In this document: positions 63,669 through 64,000 of the stretch, piece after piece
Layout of the letters: every line of letters begins with the position of its first letter
Position numbering within the stretch: position 1 is the first letter of the stretch
Source of the DNA: an uncultured Bacteroidales bacterium
GTDB taxonomy: Bacteria; Bacteroidota; Bacteroidia; Bacteroidales; F082
Reading direction: 5' to 3'
Assembly (NCBI GenBank): GCA_946407975.1
Contig: CAMJQC010000005.1
Span: 5,526-69,525, forward strand
Length of the DNA stretch: 64,000 nucleotides
Notes under the pieces: model-generated
What the model saw: only the letters and a program-made list of their open reading frames with translations
The model's database searches: none
What the model was told of the DNA's origin: nothing
Program-made: the position numbers and the translations under genes

Positions 63669-64000
63669 TTATTCCGTCGGCAACGCCTTGAAGCCGTTAC
63701 CCATGATCTCGGAGCTCTCAATCACATTGACGAAAGCATTCGGGTCGAGAAAACGAAGGTTTGACTTCAGTTTCACCAAGTCGGAGCGGTTCAAGGTAAC
63801 ATAAATCATCTTGCGCTCAGCACCCTGATAAAGGCCTTGTCCGGCAAAGCAGGTACCACTGCGGTCGAGGTCTTTCAAGATGAACTCACGCACCTCGTCA
63901 ATCTTGTCAGTGACGATAAAGGCCGTCTTATAGCTTTTCACGCCTTCCACAATCAGGTCGATGACCTTGCTCTCGATGAAGATGAGCAGGATGGAGTAAA
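63669..64000 (-). CDS. YitT-family membrane protein, C-terminal DUF2179 domain (gene continues beyond window end)
   Basis: The frame stays open upstream of the GTG listed at 63950 (...YSILLIFIESKVIDLIVEGVKSYK...). The C-terminal domain pattern is KTAFIVTDK...MIYVTLNRSDL. Confidence 0.7.
   Translation of the reverse strand, partial: YSILLIFIESKVIDLIVEGVKSYKTAFIVTDKIDEVREFILKDLDRSGTCFAGQGLYQGAERKMIYVTLNRSDLVKLKSNLRFLDPNAFVNVIESSEIMGNGFKALPTE

Noticed and set aside
1-64000. Search for rRNA, tRNA, tmRNA, RNase P, riboswitch cores, transposases, integrases and phage genes
   Set aside because: By eye I found no tRNA T-loop/acceptor patterns, no rRNA-like stretches, no recognisable riboswitch cores and no mobility genes. 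This absence call rests on visual scanning only and should be confirmed with tRNAscan/Infernal and ISfinder-type searches.

Overview
This window looks like chromosomal core DNA from a Bacteroidota genome. I infer a Prevotellaceae-like organism from gene order, protein signatures, and TAnnTTTG -7 promoter boxes followed by short leaders without Shine-Dalgarno sequences. About 57 protein genes fill the window. From left to right they are: a partial GH2 glycosidase; a kinase-AAA+ fusion with a small coupled partner; a MarR-headed envelope operon carrying a VTC-like polyphosphate module; a divergent alpha-oxoamine synthase / SDR-VOC unit; the nadK / beta-barrel / uppS / bamA / skp / skp block; two orphan secreted proteins; rsgA-dprA-lepA; a RelA/SpoT enzyme; fur-purA; an ATP-grasp protein; a transglutaminase lipoprotein; lgt; an ECF sigma / anti-sigma pair; a GH2 beta-mannosidase; cutC; mutS2; engB with a two-gene lipoamino-acid module; a full dcw cluster from mraZ to ftsZ; a LysM esterase; purN; and a partial yitT-like gene. 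I saw no rRNA, tRNA, CRISPR array, transposase or integrase. Five observations stand out. (1) The murD position of the dcw cluster holds only a 187-aa ORF matching a degenerate MurD C-terminal domain. (2) A Ser/Thr kinase fused to a classical AAA+ ATPase is translationally coupled to a small acidic YbjN-like protein. (3) A dispersed palindromic repeat family has the core GTAGAGAC...GTCTCTAC. (4) A near-identical motif begins at the TAG stop codons of two unrelated genes. (5) A 27-nt promoter-like direct repeat brackets one gene and leaves an orphan promoter facing rsgA. All family assignments come from motif recognition by eye, not database searches.
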